A stretch of DNA of 64,000 nt from an uncultured Acidobacteriota bacterium (GCA_963809485.1 CAWEJX010000021.1:32001-96000), one strand, 5' to 3'; shown: positions 1 to 11,624, counted from the first letter of the stretch. The notes: generated by a model not told the origin, from the sequence alone. Numbers and translations are program-made.

Positions 1-1
1 C

Positions 2-394
2 GATTCCAACAAAGATGGCCGCGTATCCGTCGTGGAGGCCTTTTTCTTCACAAGCCAAAAAGTGGAGGATCATTATAAAAACCAGGACCATTTGCAGACG
101 GAACACTCCATACTGGATGACAATGGGGACGGTGAGGGCCATAGCAGCCCGGGCCCCGAAAGTGAAGACGGTCTGCTTGCCCGAATTACCTTTTTCGACG
201 ACGGTTCCGGGCTGGAAGCCTCAATAGACATCGGCCCCGAACAACGGAAACTCGAACTCGAGGCCAGGGAAATGGAGAGGCAAATCGAGGCTTTAAAATA
301 CAACAAAGCCGAAATGCCTCAGTCTGACTATGAAAAGAAACTGGAAGAACTGCTGCTGAAATTGGCGCGAATCCATGCAAAGCTGCAAAAATAA
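2..394 (+). CDS. Partial (5' end outside window) conserved protein, possibly the C13/caspase-like protein of MoxR/DUF4159 operons
   Basis: Frame open from window edge (DSNKDGRVSVVEAF...TEHSILDDNGDG), C-terminal coiled coil, overlaps next gene. Confidence 0.55.
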   Translation, partial: DSNKDGRVSVVEAFFFTSQKVEDHYKNQDHLQTEHSILDDNGDGEGHSSPGPESEDGLLARITFFDDGSGLEASIDIGPEQRKLELEAREMERQIEALKYNKAEMPQSDYEKKLEELLLKLARIHAKLQK

Positions 395-3072
395 AATCGC
401 CGGTAACGGTCGAATCATTCTCGCTGCGAATGTATGCATTCTGCTGGCAAGCTGTCTGGCGTTTGCCTGGCGGGCGGCGGGTGAAGACAGTTTGTCGAAG
501 GGCAGATCCGCTCTTCGAACCGGAAAGTACGCCGAAGCCGCGCAGTTCTTCGAATCGGCCCTGAAGGAGGGGCATAATCCCGAGCAAAGTCAATCGGGCC
601 TGCTGCAGGTGCTGCGCATTACGGGGAACTATAAAGACGCCTTAAAGCGTTTAGGGGAATTTTTGCCGGCGAGTGCCGATTCGGCTCCTCTGCACCTCGA
701 AGGAGGCCGGATCTATGGGGCGATCGGGGATTACGCCAAAGCCGAATCATTTCTGAAGAGGTCCTTGTCCCTTGCTTCAAATCAATCCGCGCTACGCATG
801 GACGCCATGCGGACTCTCGCGGAACTGATCGAGGAATCCGGACGGAAAGACGAGGCGCGCGGGCTGTGGGACGGGCTGATCGCTGAATACCGCAAAGGAA
901 AAGTTCAAGGGAGCCGATCCTCTGGGGAATGTTGCGGTTGCAGCATGGCGAAGAGGCTTTGTTTTCGATGCCAGAGACATATTCCTCGATGCAACGGATC
1001 CGAAACTTGGGGAAATTTCGCCGGAGGTGCTGGTTGATTTCGGCAATCTCTTTCTGGAAAAGTATAACGCCACGGAAGCTATGGTGTCGTTCAAGGATTG
1101 CCTCCAGATCAACGAATCCCACCCGGACGCGCTTGTCGGCATGGCCCGGGCTAAAAAATACACGAATGACTTCGAGGTTGAAGCGTATTCGAGAGCTGCG
1201 CTCAAGATCAATCCTAACCTGGTTGCTGCCCGAAACCTGCTGGCCGAGCTGGCCCTGGATGCGGAATACTACGGGGCCGCGCTCAATGAGATCAACGCCG
1301 CCCTGGATGTAAATCCCGCGGACCTGGAATCTCTCAGCCTGCTGGCCGTTTACCATTTCATTCTTGGAAACACCGCAGCGTTCGAAGCGACGGAGAAGAA
1401 GATACTGACTATCAATCCCGGGTACGGCGGGTTGTATCGCGTGCTCGCAGAAAGCCTGGTTTCGAAGACGAAATACCAGGAGGCCGTAAGTTTCAGCCGG
1501 AAAGCCATTGCTCTGGACCCCGAACTCTGGCCCGCTTACGTGAATCTGGGCATGAACCTCACGCGCATCGGAGATCTGGACGGGGGGCGAAAAGCAATGG
1601 AACAGGCCTTTGAGGGGGACCCGTTCAATGTCTGGGCGGCCAACTCCCTGGATCTGCTTGATCAGATGGATACGTTTGTGCAAAGCGAAAGCGATCATTT
1701 CCGCTACCGGATGGCCGGAGAAGATAACCCTGTTCTTACATCCTATGCTTCCAGGCTGGCTGAGGAGGCCTATGCAAAACTCACACGGCGGTATGAATTC
1801 CGCCCCCGGGAGCCGCTTTACGTCGAAATATTTCCCGATCACAAGGGATTTGCAGTCCGTACGCTCGGGCTGACAGGCCTGGAGGGGGCGCTGGGTGTCT
1901 GTTTTGGGAAGGTGATCGCCATGGATTCGCCCCGCGCGCGGGAAGCCGGGACATATAATTGGGGAACGACTCTCTGGCACGAATTCACCCATGTGATAAC
2001 ACTGCAGATGACCAACCACAACATTCCGCGCTGGTTCACTGAGGGTCTCTCGGTTTTCGAGGAGCGCAGAGCCCGGCCGGGGTGGGGAGACGGCATAGAT
2101 CTATCTTTTATAAAAGCCTACAAGGAAGGAAAGCTCCTGAAGGCGAGCGAACTGAGCCGGGGATTCACTCGCCCGGAAAATCCGGGACAGATTGCGCTCG
2201 CCTATTTGCAGTCGTCTCTTGCCTGCGAATGGATGGAGGAGAAATATGGCTTTGAAAGCATAAAACAGTCCCTCCGGCTTTTTGCAGAGAACAAGCCCGC
2301 CGAAGAAGTTTTTCTTCGCACTCTGGGGTTAAATGCCAATGCAATGGATGAGGGTTACGCACGGTATGTCGATTCACGCGTTAAGGAAATTGCATCCCGC
2401 ATCGATGTCGGGACCGGAAGCACCGGGGCTGTCGGGAAGGCAACCGGGAGCAGGGACAAGAGTTCTCTTGAGCAAAAGCTGAGGGATGCGCCCGATGATT
2501 TCTTCGCCAACCTTCATTTGGGAGCGCGGCTTCAAAATGAGGGGGAGTTCGAGGACGCGGAAGTTTATTTGAAGAAGGCCCAGAAGCTTTTCCCCCAGTA
2601 CGCGCAACGGGGTAATCCGTACCAGTTGTTGGTGCAAATGTACCTCGAGACGAAGAGGGAAAATGAAGCGCTGGATCAGCTCGATCAATGGATCCGCCTG
2701 GACGGCGGTTCGAGGGAGCCTCTCATCAAGGCGGCAGACATCTACGGCAAGCGGAAAGACTGGGCTTCCCTTGCCAGAGTGCTGGAACGCTCCATCTATA
2801 TTCATCCCTATGACATGAAGACGCAAAAAGAGCTGGGTGAAGCATTGCTCAAGATGGAGGATTGGGAGCCGGCAATCGCTGCATATCAAACGCTGGTCGC
2901 ACTCAATGCCACGGACCCGGCCGAAGCGCACCTGGATCTCGCCGCGGCCTTTTTCGCATCGGGCAACATGAAGGCGGCAAAGCAGGAGACCTTGCGGGCC
3001 CTCGAAATTGCGCCCTCCTATGGCAAAGCGCAAAGACTGCTTTTAAAGCTTAGTGGAGACGGGACCGAATGA
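375..3072 (+). pseudogene. Secreted TPR protein with zincin (peptidase MA-like) domain, split by a frameshift near 915-922
   Basis: ORF 375-1037 has signal peptide and TPRs; frame of ORF 1027-3072 is open and TPR-like upstream to ~922 (LGNVAVAAWRRG...); HEFTH and WFTEG zincin motifs. Confidence 0.75.
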
Positions 3073-3851
3073 TGAATGGCAGCGCGCCCCACAAGAGAAG
3101 TTCGTTCCTTTCCGTCCTGAAATTGGGCCTTCCGGTTGCTCTGTCCACAGCGTTTTTGCTTTATCTGGGAGCCCAGGAGAGACAGGAATCCCCGCTCGAT
3201 GAAAGCAAATTCACTTTCGGGCGCGTATTTTTTGAAAGCCGGTTGGGGCGCTCATTTTTCGGACGGATGGGCCGCGGCAGCGGTCCGCCGTGGAGTCACG
3301 ACTGGCCCCGGTCGGAAGAGCATTTCATGAAGATATTGGCGGAAGTGACAAGGGTGAATGTAAATCCTTCCGGTCACATTATTTCGTTCCAGAGTGACGA
3401 GTGTTTCAGGTTTCCGATCGCGTACTTATGTGAAGCGGGATTTATGGACTTGTCCGACGATGAAACGCGCAGGATGGCGGAGTATCTCCTGAGAGGAGGA
3501 TTCCTGATTGTGGACGACTTCCGGGGAGAGCGCGAATTGATGAATTTCCGCAGTCAGATGAAACGGGTTTTCCCCGATCGTTCTCTCGAGGAGGTGCCGC
3601 GCACACATCCGATCTGGACCTGCTTCTACGATATCTCCAATCTGGCGATCGAGCCGCCCTACTCCAGAGATCTCGTCCCGCAATATCTGGGCATAAGCGA
3701 CGACAATGGACGGCTGATGATGATAGTGGATTACAATAACGACATTTCCGAATACTGGGAGTGGTCGAACGATCCCATGATGCCCATCGATCAGTCGAAT
3801 GAAGCCTACAAATACGGGATTAATTATGTAATGTATGCTTTAACGCATTGA
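3069..3851 (+). CDS. DUF4159 domain protein
   Basis: WSHDWP, YLLRGGFLIVDDF, HPIW, GINYVMYALTH motifs; N-terminal hydrophobic segment. Confidence 0.85.
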   Translation: MMNGSAPHKRSSFLSVLKLGLPVALSTAFLLYLGAQERQESPLDESKFTFGRVFFESRLGRSFFGRMGRGSGPPWSHDWPRSEEHFMKILAEVTRVNVNPSGHIISFQSDECFRFPIAYLCEAGFMDLSDDETRRMAEYLLRGGFLIVDDFRGERELMNFRSQMKRVFPDRSLEEVPRTHPIWTCFYDISNLAIEPPYSRDLVPQYLGISDDNGRLMMIVDYNNDISEYWEWSNDPMMPIDQSNEAYKYGINYVMYALTH

Positions 3852-3921
3852 TGATTTTACGGATTGCAGACTGCAGGTTGCACCCTGCTTCCGTCACCGG
3901 AACTGAAAGGAATCGCACCCA

Positions 3922-4944
3922 ATGGAACAGCAGAACGTCGTTGACGACTCTCAATTAGTGGAAAGACTGAACGCCGGACATCGCGATATCTTGAGAGAAA
4001 TCCGGAAAGTCATCATTGCCCAGGATGACGTTATAGACCAGGTGATGATATCCCTGATGGTCGGGGCACATGCCATGATCACGGGAGTACCCGGCCTGGC
4101 AAAAACCCTTCTCATCAAAACTCTCGCGCAGGCTCTCGGCCTGAATTTCAAAAGGATCCAGTTCACCCCCGATCTGATGCCGGCCGATATTACCGGAACC
4201 GATATTATCCAGGAAGACGTTGCCACGGGAAAACGCGGGCTTGTGTTCGTAAAGGGGCCGGTTTTCACGAATATACTTCTTGCCGATGAAATCAACCGGA
4301 CACCGCCCAAAACGCAGGCCGCGCTTCTGGAAGCTATGGAGGAACTTCAGGTAACGATCCAGGGCGTCACTTATCCCATGGAGCGGCCATTTTTCGTGCT
4401 TGCCACGCAGAATCCGATCGAGTTGGAGGGAACCTACCCTCTTCCCGAGGCCCAGCTGGATCGTTTTATGTTCAATGTTGTGATCGAATACCTGAAGGAA
4501 GAAGATGAACACGAGGTAGTAACCACCACCACGACGCCGCAGGATATTCACCTGGAGCAGACGGTCACGGGACGCGACATTATCGAGTTCCAGAAACTGG
4601 TGCGCCGCGTCCCTGCGCCGGAATCTGTGTCACGTTACGCGGTGGCCCTTGTAAGGGCCAGCCGGCCAAGCCGGAACGGAAAACCGGATTTTGTCGGCGA
4701 ATATGTCAGCTGGGGGGCCAGCCCGAGGGCTGCGCAGTACCTTATGCTGGCCGGCAAGGCGCGAGCGCTTCTCCATGGCCGGTTTAACATGTCGATCGAG
4801 GACGTTCAGGCTCTGGCCTACCCCGTGATGCGGCACAGGATTCTGACCAATTTTCACGCCGAATCCGAGCGAATCACAACGGATGAAATTGTTCGCCGGC
4901 TTTTGGAAACGGTCCCCGTGCCGCAATCGGGATTAAAATCATGA
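3922..4944 (+). CDS. moxR: MoxR family AAA+ ATPase
   Basis: GVPGLAKT Walker A, RIQFTPDLMPADITG, LLADEINR, ATQNPIELEGTYPLPEAQLDRF. Confidence 0.97.
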   Translation: MEQQNVVDDSQLVERLNAGHRDILREIRKVIIAQDDVIDQVMISLMVGAHAMITGVPGLAKTLLIKTLAQALGLNFKRIQFTPDLMPADITGTDIIQEDVATGKRGLVFVKGPVFTNILLADEINRTPPKTQAALLEAMEELQVTIQGVTYPMERPFFVLATQNPIELEGTYPLPEAQLDRFMFNVVIEYLKEEDEHEVVTTTTTPQDIHLEQTVTGRDIIEFQKLVRRVPAPESVSRYAVALVRASRPSRNGKPDFVGEYVSWGASPRAAQYLMLAGKARALLHGRFNMSIEDVQALAYPVMRHRILTNFHAESERITTDEIVRRLLETVPVPQSGLKS

Positions 4945-5022
4945 TGAATTTCGCGCGAATGCGGGCGTCGGAGTTTTCGGTTTTCGTCATCCCCGATCCG
5001 TATTTCGCGTTGTGCAGAATAT

Positions 5023-5937
5023 ATGGCTGATTTTTCCGCCGCAATCCCGCAATCCACGCGGTTCATTGATCCTCATACGCTGACGCGTATCGCGTCGCTG
5101 GAACTGGTTGCCCGCATGGTCGTGGAAGGCTTTATCTCGGGTCTTCACAGATCTCCCCATCTTGGATTCAGCGTCAATTTTGCCGAGTACCGCACCTACC
5201 GCCCGGGCGACGACATCAGGAAAATCGACTGGAAAGTGTACGGGCGCACCGACCGGCTTTTTGTCAAGGAATATGAAGGGGAAACCAACACGTCGATTCA
5301 CCTGATCCTGGATTGCAGCCGGTCCATGGACTATCGGAACCAGGGGATCCGCAAGCTCGAGTATGGACAATTTCTGGCCGCATCTTTGGGCTATTTTGCC
5401 TTCAAACAGAGAGATGCCGTCGGCTTCATATCCTATGACAGCGACATCATCGACTATGTCCCGGCGCGGACCAGCATCGGCCATTTGAATACCGTGCTGC
5501 ACGCCATTGAGAGAGCCCGCCCCGGGGAAAGCACCGATTTCTATAAAACACTGGTGAATGTTTCGGACAGGCTTCGGCGGCGAGGTATCGTTGTCGTCAT
5601 CTCCGACCTTCTGGACGATCCCGGCAGGGTGATGAGCGGATTGAGGCACCTCGCCTGCCGGGGAAATGACGTGATTGTCCTCCAAATACTGGACCCGGCC
5701 GAAATTCAGTTTGATTTTTCCGATGCGGCCCGGTTCGTAGATATGGAAACTCGGGCGGAAATGCATGTCATCCCCGACTATCTGCGCCAGGAATATAGAA
5801 AAGTGCTTGCCGGCCAGATCTCGGAGTATGAGAAGGAATGCCGCAGGGATCGCATGGATTTTGCGCTCATCGAGACTTCCAGCCCGCTGGACAAGGCTTT
5901 GTTCAACTATCTGGCCCGGCGGGAACAACTATACTGA
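5023..5937 (+). CDS. DUF58 domain protein (vWA-like)
   Basis: FAEYRTYRPGDDIRKIDWKVYGR, LILDCSRSM MIDAS-like motif; follows moxR. Confidence 0.95.
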   Translation: MADFSAAIPQSTRFIDPHTLTRIASLELVARMVVEGFISGLHRSPHLGFSVNFAEYRTYRPGDDIRKIDWKVYGRTDRLFVKEYEGETNTSIHLILDCSRSMDYRNQGIRKLEYGQFLAASLGYFAFKQRDAVGFISYDSDIIDYVPARTSIGHLNTVLHAIERARPGESTDFYKTLVNVSDRLRRRGIVVVISDLLDDPGRVMSGLRHLACRGNDVIVLQILDPAEIQFDFSDAARFVDMETRAEMHVIPDYLRQEYRKVLAGQISEYEKECRRDRMDFALIETSSPLDKALFNYLARREQLY

Positions 5938-5959
5938 GGACATCTGTCGGTAGGACGGT

Positions 5960-8083
5960 ATGGCTTTTCTGAATCCATTCTTCCTTTTGGGCGGGTTGGC
6001 CGCAGCGGTGCCGATTCTGCTGCATCTGATAAGGCGGGAGCATGCCCGGAAAATCGAGTTCCCTACCCTGATGTTTCTTCGCAAGATCGATAAAAAAACC
6101 ATCCGGTACCAAAAACTGCGTCATCTGCTCCTGCTCCTATGCCGCATCCTGGCATTTCTGTGCATAGTTTTGGCGTTTATGCGCCCCTATCTCGAAAAGC
6201 CTCCCGCTTCCGCGGCCGTCGCGGGAGGAACCGCCGCAACGCACGTCCTGGTGCTGGACAACTCCATGAGCATGAGTTATCAGGATCGCTGGGACAGGGC
6301 CAAAAACGCCGCCGCGGACATTGTGCGGAAATCGGGCGCGTCGGATAAATTCGCCGTCCTCGAGTTTTCAGACAGAACCGAAATTCGAGCGGAACTAACC
6401 GGCGACCGTTCGACTGTTTTGAATGAGATCCGGAATGCTTTGGAGCCGGGCGACCAGCCGACACGATACGCGCAGGCGCTCAGAGTGGCGGAAGAAATCG
6501 CCCTGAGGGCCGGAACGGGAAAGCGCATCATTCACCTGATTTCCGATTTCCAGAAAAGCGCCTGGACCGACGAAGAACGTGAATTGCATCTCGGGGCCGG
6601 CGTAGACCTTCAATGCGTGGATCTCGGATCGGATGAATTCAGCAACCTGGCAATCCGGAATGTTCATGTCACCGGGGCGGACCAAACGGGTGCGTCAACC
6701 TTGCTTATCAAGGCTTCCGTAGTGGTGTTTGGAGACAGAGACCGCGAAAATGTCCGGGTTGGCTGCAAAGTGGATGGCCGCGCAATTTCGGAAAAATCCG
6801 TTCATGTCGCCGCAGGAAGCTCCGGGGAAATCGAGTTCCAGGTCCCGGGCCTCGGTCCGGGGGAGCATTCCGTGGTTCTGGAAGCCGAAGATTCCTATCT
6901 TGTAAGAGACAACCGTTTTTACATGACAATCGACATGCGGGGAAAGACACCCGTAGTCGTGGTCGAAAACCCGGAAACCCGCGGCCGGCGTTCGTCCGGC
7001 TTTTACCTGGCCAAAGCTTTGAACGTGGATCGTTTGTCCCTGTATCAGGTCAAAACCGTTTCGCCGCAGAAGCTGGATGTTCCCGGAAAGCTCCTCATCT
7101 GGAATGACGTCCCGGCGGGCGCCCCGGCCATTCGAAAGCGCCTCGAGGATTTTGTCCGGAGCGGCGGGGGAATGATCGTCGCACTTGGGGATGCAACAAA
7201 GCCTTCCGAATTTAATCTCGGATTCGGGGCCTGGCTCCCTGTCAGAATAAAGGAGACTTGGTCCGGGAAAAAACGATCGGGAGCAGGGCCGGCCGACGAT
7301 TTTGCGGTGATAACGTATGTAAAGACAGACCACCCGATCTTTCAACCTTTTGGCAAACCGCATTCGGGCAACTTCTCCAACGCAAGTTTTTATAGATACT
7401 CCCGAATCACCGCTGATTCCGGATCCGAGGTTTTGGCGCGCTTCGACAACGGCGACCCCGCTCTCGTTTCAACCGGTGTGGGAAAGGGGCGCGTCCTGAT
7501 TTTTGCCTCCTCGGCTGACGACACCGGCAACGACCTCCCCCTGCGGGCAGTGTACGCTCCCCTGTGGCAGCAGATGCTGCGCTATCTGGAAAGCTTTGAG
7601 GGACAACGCGACTGGCTGGAAATAGGGGATGTGATCGATCCGAGAAAGGTTTTGTCTGAAAAAGCATTTCGCCGGGGCGAGGAGGAGCCGAATCCCGGAG
7701 AAGCCATCGCCGTACTGGACCCTTCGAAGCAGCGTTTGGAACTGTCGTCCGGATCTGAAAGCCTGGTAACGGAAAAGGCCGGTTTTTATGAAATCCGCGC
7801 CATGGGAAAAAACGTCGCCGTGGCCGTCAATACAATGCCGGCGGAATCGGATTTGACGCATCACGGTGCGCGGGAAATGACGGCTGCGTGGAGTTCATAC
7901 ACGCGTGAAGTGTTCTCTGAAGCCGAACATCCCGGCGCCGAGGAACAGGGCAGAAACCAGCGAATCTGGGTTTTCCTTCTTTGGGCGGCTCTGCTATTTT
8001 TAATATCAGAGTTGCTTTTATCCAATGGAGCACCGAAGGCAGCGAGTGACGAAGTCCGGAAAGCGACGGCCTTGAATTCGTAA
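5960..8083 (+). CDS. BatA/vWA domain membrane protein
   Basis: MAFLNPFFLLG...PILLHL BatA N-terminus, LVLDNSMSM MIDAS, LISDFQ, C-terminal TM. Confidence 0.9.
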   Translation: MAFLNPFFLLGGLAAAVPILLHLIRREHARKIEFPTLMFLRKIDKKTIRYQKLRHLLLLLCRILAFLCIVLAFMRPYLEKPPASAAVAGGTAATHVLVLDNSMSMSYQDRWDRAKNAAADIVRKSGASDKFAVLEFSDRTEIRAELTGDRSTVLNEIRNALEPGDQPTRYAQALRVAEEIALRAGTGKRIIHLISDFQKSAWTDEERELHLGAGVDLQCVDLGSDEFSNLAIRNVHVTGADQTGASTLLIKASVVVFGDRDRENVRVGCKVDGRAISEKSVHVAAGSSGEIEFQVPGLGPGEHSVVLEAEDSYLVRDNRFYMTIDMRGKTPVVVVENPETRGRRSSGFYLAKALNVDRLSLYQVKTVSPQKLDVPGKLLIWNDVPAGAPAIRKRLEDFVRSGGGMIVALGDATKPSEFNLGFGAWLPVRIKETWSGKKRSGAGPADDFAVITYVKTDHPIFQPFGKPHSGNFSNASFYRYSRITADSGSEVLARFDNGDPALVSTGVGKGRVLIFASSADDTGNDLPLRAVYAPLWQQMLRYLESFEGQRDWLEIGDVIDPRKVLSEKAFRRGEEEPNPGEAIAVLDPSKQRLELSSGSESLVTEKAGFYEIRAMGKNVAVAVNTMPAESDLTHHGAREMTAAWSSYTREVFSEAEHPGAEEQGRNQRIWVFLLWAALLFLISELLLSNGAPKAASDEVRKATALNS

Positions 8084-8096
8084 TTCGGAGCATCCC

Positions 8097-11000
8097 ATGA
8101 GTTCCTATGAGAGCCTTTTAGCCAGAGTCCGGCAGGTGCGGGCACGTTGGCGCGCTCAAGTCCTGGTTCGGGGAATCGCGATTTCCCTGGCCTTCACTGC
8201 CGCCATGCTCGTTCTGGGCGTCTGGGGTGCCGACCTCTTCGCGTTCAAACCGGCGGCCGTCTGGTTTTTTCGCTTCCTGACGGGCAGCACGATGCTTTGT
8301 ATCGCCTGGTACTTTCTTTACCTGCCGATGCGTGTGCGCGTCGACGACGTTGCCGTCGCCCAATTCATTGAAGAGAAATATCCCCAGCTGGAGGACCGGC
8401 TCGTTACTGCCATTGAGTATGGGAACCGGAAGACGCCGGACTCAGGCATGATCGATCTTCTCATCCGGGACGCGCTGAAACAGGTGTCGCGCGTCGATTT
8501 TTCGATATTCCTGAACCGGCAACGCCTGGCCGCTTTCGGAATTCTTGGTTTCGGGGCTGTCCTGATGCTTTTCGCTCTTTTGACCTGGGGCCCGTCCTTT
8601 TTCCCCCGGGGTTTCAGTAATCTGTACGCTCCCTGGACCGGCGCATCACACGGTTTTGCCATGGCGATAAGGGTTTTACCCGGGGATATTGAAATCGTCA
8701 GGGGGAGCGATCAGTTAATTGATGCGAAGCTGGTAGGCTTTGAGTCTGCGAATGCCCGTCTGTACCGGCAGGTTGCGGAAACCGATCCGTGGGATGCCAC
8801 AACCATGGAGACGGATCCGCGAGGCGGTTCTTTTCGATACCTCCTCGTCGATGTCCGGACCTCGCAGCGCTATTTTGTCGAATCAGAGGGAGTACGCTCT
8901 CAAGTCTACTCTCTGCGGGTTGTCGATCAAGCGGACGTGGAGAGAATCGATCTTACCTACAATTTCCCGGCCTATACAGGAATGTCCCCTCAGGTTGCCG
9001 AGGACGAGGGCGACATAAAGGCGTTGAAGGGAACCAGGCTGGATCTCAGAGTTCGCCTCAGCCGTCCGGTGCAATCCGCTCGCCTGCGGTTCAATGACCG
9101 GTCGACACTCGATCTCAGCCCAACCGGAGCCGGAAATTTTGCCGGAAGCTTCGTTCTTCAGCATTCCGGATCCTATGTGGTCCAGGTTACGGAATCCCGG
9201 ATCGGGGACCATGTGGCATCTCGGGAATATGACATCGAGACGGTTGAAGATGAAGCCCCCAAAGTTACCGTCACCCGGCCCATGAGAGACCTGCGCGCCA
9301 CCAGTGTGGAAGAGGTGTTCTCCGAGATGAGGGCGGAAGACGATATCGGGTTGGGCAAACTGGAGCTGCGCTTTTCGGTCAACGGCTCTCCTGAGGAGAT
9401 CGTCAGCCTTTATCGTGGAAAACCTCAGGAGCGGTCCGTTACCGCCTCTCATACATTTTTCCTCGAAGACCTCGGCCTGCAGCCGGGCGATTTGATTTCC
9501 TATTACGCAAAAGCCTGGGACCGCAATAACGTCACCGGGCCGGCAACTTCCAGTTCCGACATCTATTTCATTCAGATCCGTCCCTTCGAACAGAATTACA
9601 GCCAAAGCCAGCAGCAGCCCATGCCCGGGAGCGAAGGCGGCGAGCAACAGGAAGCACTCAGCCGGCAGCAGAAGGAAATCATCAGCGCGACCTTTAAACT
9701 GATCCGCGAAAAGAACCGGATGGAGTCAAAGGAATACCAGGACAGTCTGAAATCCCTGGCTCTTGTCCAAAGCCGCCTGCAGGCCCAGACACAGGGACTG
9801 GTGGACCGTCTCCAACGCCGCGAGGCCGCTCAGGCGGACTCTGAATTCGAGAAGCTTGGGGAGTATTTGAAAAACGCCGTCAAAGAGATGGAAAGGGCTG
9901 CGGCGGACCTGGGAGCGCAGAAGCCGGATAATGCCCTGCCTCCGGAGCAGAAATCGCTGCAGCAGCTTACGCGCGCAGAAAGCCTGTTCCGGGATATTCA
10001 GGTGTCCTTTTCCGCGCAGAGTTCCGGAGGCAGCGGTTCGCAGGACGGGGCGGAGGACCTGGCCGATCTGTTCGAGCTGGAATTGAACAAACTGAAGAAC
10101 CAGTATGAAACCGTACAGCGCGAAGAGCGGCAGGAGCGGGATCAGAAGGAGGATGAAGCCCTGCAGCGGCTCAAGGAATTGGCGCAACGCCAGCAGCAAA
10201 TAAACGAGAACAACCGGATGAGGGCGCAGCAAGGAGGATCTCCGTCCTCTTCCCGGGCGGGCAGCGCTCAGAGCCAGCAGCAGATCATGGAGCAGGCAGA
10301 GCAGCTTCGGAGGCAATTGCAGAGACTGTCGCGGGAGCGCAGTTCCCGCCAACTGGACGAAGCCGGCAAACGGATCCAGAAGGCGATAGAGGAAATGAAA
10401 GAGGCGCTCAAGGATTCCCAAAGCAGAAACGGGGCCGAACAGAGCGCGCGGGGGCAACGCGCGTTGCAGCAATTAAATGAAGCGGCCGGCAGGTTGGCTC
10501 AGGGAAAGCAAGCCGCAATCAAAGAAAGCCTGGACCGGGTAGCGGAAGAATCCGGAAAGCTGGTGAAACAACAGGAGAAGATACAGGAGGAACTGGATCG
10601 CCTTGCCCGGCAAATGCCTAAGCCCGAGTCTCCGGAAGAGGCCATTGAGCGCAGCGAGGATCTCGTATCCGGCAAAAATGAACTCAAAGAGCGGCTCGAC
10701 AGCCTTGAAAGCCGCATACGCGATCTTTCGAAACAGGCGCGAAAAACCGAGAAGCCGGCGAGCAGCGAGCTGGCAGAGGCCGCCGAAACGATCCGGGACA
10801 GAAGGCTATCCGATCGTATACAGGAAGGCAACCGGCTGATCCGGAATGGATTGTATGAAAGCCAGAAGCGGCGCGAGGACTTCATTCACGAAGGCCTGGA
10901 GGAAGTTCAACAAAAGCTGGAAGCAGCGAAGAGCCGCCTGGGGGAATCAGAGGAAGGAAAGATTGAGGAAGCCGTCAATCGGGTCAGGCAATTGTCCGAA

Positions 11001-11624
11001 GGCCTCCAGTCGATTCAAAGGCGCATGAGTGAAATGCAGCGCGGGAGGGGAAACCGTTCCGACATGCCGCAGCAGGCACAGCAGGGATCACAGCAGGGGG
11101 AGGGGCAGGGCCTCCGGCAGACTCCCTCCGGACAACAGGCACAGAACAGACAAGGCGCCCCGGCGGAACGGGGGCGTGATGCACAGGATCCGCAGGGCGG
11201 CGACGCCGATCCGGATGTGAGTATACGGGAACTCTCGGATAATGCTTCGGGCCCGCCTGCAGGAATCGGGCAACATCGAGACGATCCGGCCAGTCAGCTG
11301 ACTCGTGAGCTGGAACAGCGATTGACGGACGCCAGGGATCTGAGAGGACTGATGAACCGCAATCCGGCTCAAATGCAAAGCCTCGAAGAGGTCATCGACG
11401 CATTGAGGAGAAGCCGGAATGACCCCGATTACGGCAGTGCGGAACAGATCGCTCTCCTGAAGGCGGCAATTGATCAGCTGCGCACGGTTGAATCCGATCT
11501 GGCTCGAGACCTGGAACGCTTAAAGCAGATCGAAGAGTATTTCGTTGGGGGAAATGACGAAGCACCGGAAGCCTATCGGAAACTGGTGGAGGAATATTAC
11601 AGGTCCCTCGCAGAAACCAAATAG
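8097..11624 (+). CDS. DUF4175-like membrane protein with Ig-like and long coiled-coil regions
   Basis: 3 N-terminal TMs, DRLVTAIE, AEDDIGL, Gln-rich coiled coil, terminal PEAYRKLVEEYYRSLA. Confidence 0.85.
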   Translation: MSSYESLLARVRQVRARWRAQVLVRGIAISLAFTAAMLVLGVWGADLFAFKPAAVWFFRFLTGSTMLCIAWYFLYLPMRVRVDDVAVAQFIEEKYPQLEDRLVTAIEYGNRKTPDSGMIDLLIRDALKQVSRVDFSIFLNRQRLAAFGILGFGAVLMLFALLTWGPSFFPRGFSNLYAPWTGASHGFAMAIRVLPGDIEIVRGSDQLIDAKLVGFESANARLYRQVAETDPWDATTMETDPRGGSFRYLLVDVRTSQRYFVESEGVRSQVYSLRVVDQADVERIDLTYNFPAYTGMSPQVAEDEGDIKALKGTRLDLRVRLSRPVQSARLRFNDRSTLDLSPTGAGNFAGSFVLQHSGSYVVQVTESRIGDHVASREYDIETVEDEAPKVTVTRPMRDLRATSVEEVFSEMRAEDDIGLGKLELRFSVNGSPEEIVSLYRGKPQERSVTASHTFFLEDLGLQPGDLISYYAKAWDRNNVTGPATSSSDIYFIQIRPFEQNYSQSQQQPMPGSEGGEQQEALSRQQKEIISATFKLIREKNRMESKEYQDSLKSLALVQSRLQAQTQGLVDRLQRREAAQADSEFEKLGEYLKNAVKEMERAAADLGAQKPDNALPPEQKSLQQLTRAESLFRDIQVSFSAQSSGGSGSQDGAEDLADLFELELNKLKNQYETVQREERQERDQKEDEALQRLKELAQRQQQINENNRMRAQQGGSPSSSRAGSAQSQQQIMEQAEQLRRQLQRLSRERSSRQLDEAGKRIQKAIEEMKEALKDSQSRNGAEQSARGQRALQQLNEAAGRLAQGKQAAIKESLDRVAEESGKLVKQQEKIQEELDRLARQMPKPESPEEAIERSEDLVSGKNELKERLDSLESRIRDLSKQARKTEKPASSELAEAAETIRDRRLSDRIQEGNRLIRNGLYESQKRREDFIHEGLEEVQQKLEAAKSRLGESEEGKIEEAVNRVRQLSEGLQSIQRRMSEMQRGRGNRSDMPQQAQQGSQQGEGQGLRQTPSGQQAQNRQGAPAERGRDAQDPQGGDADPDVSIRELSDNASGPPAGIGQHRDDPASQLTRELEQRLTDARDLRGLMNRNPAQMQSLEEVIDALRRSRNDPDYGSAEQIALLKAAIDQLRTVESDLARDLERLKQIEEYFVGGNDEAPEAYRKLVEEYYRSLAETK

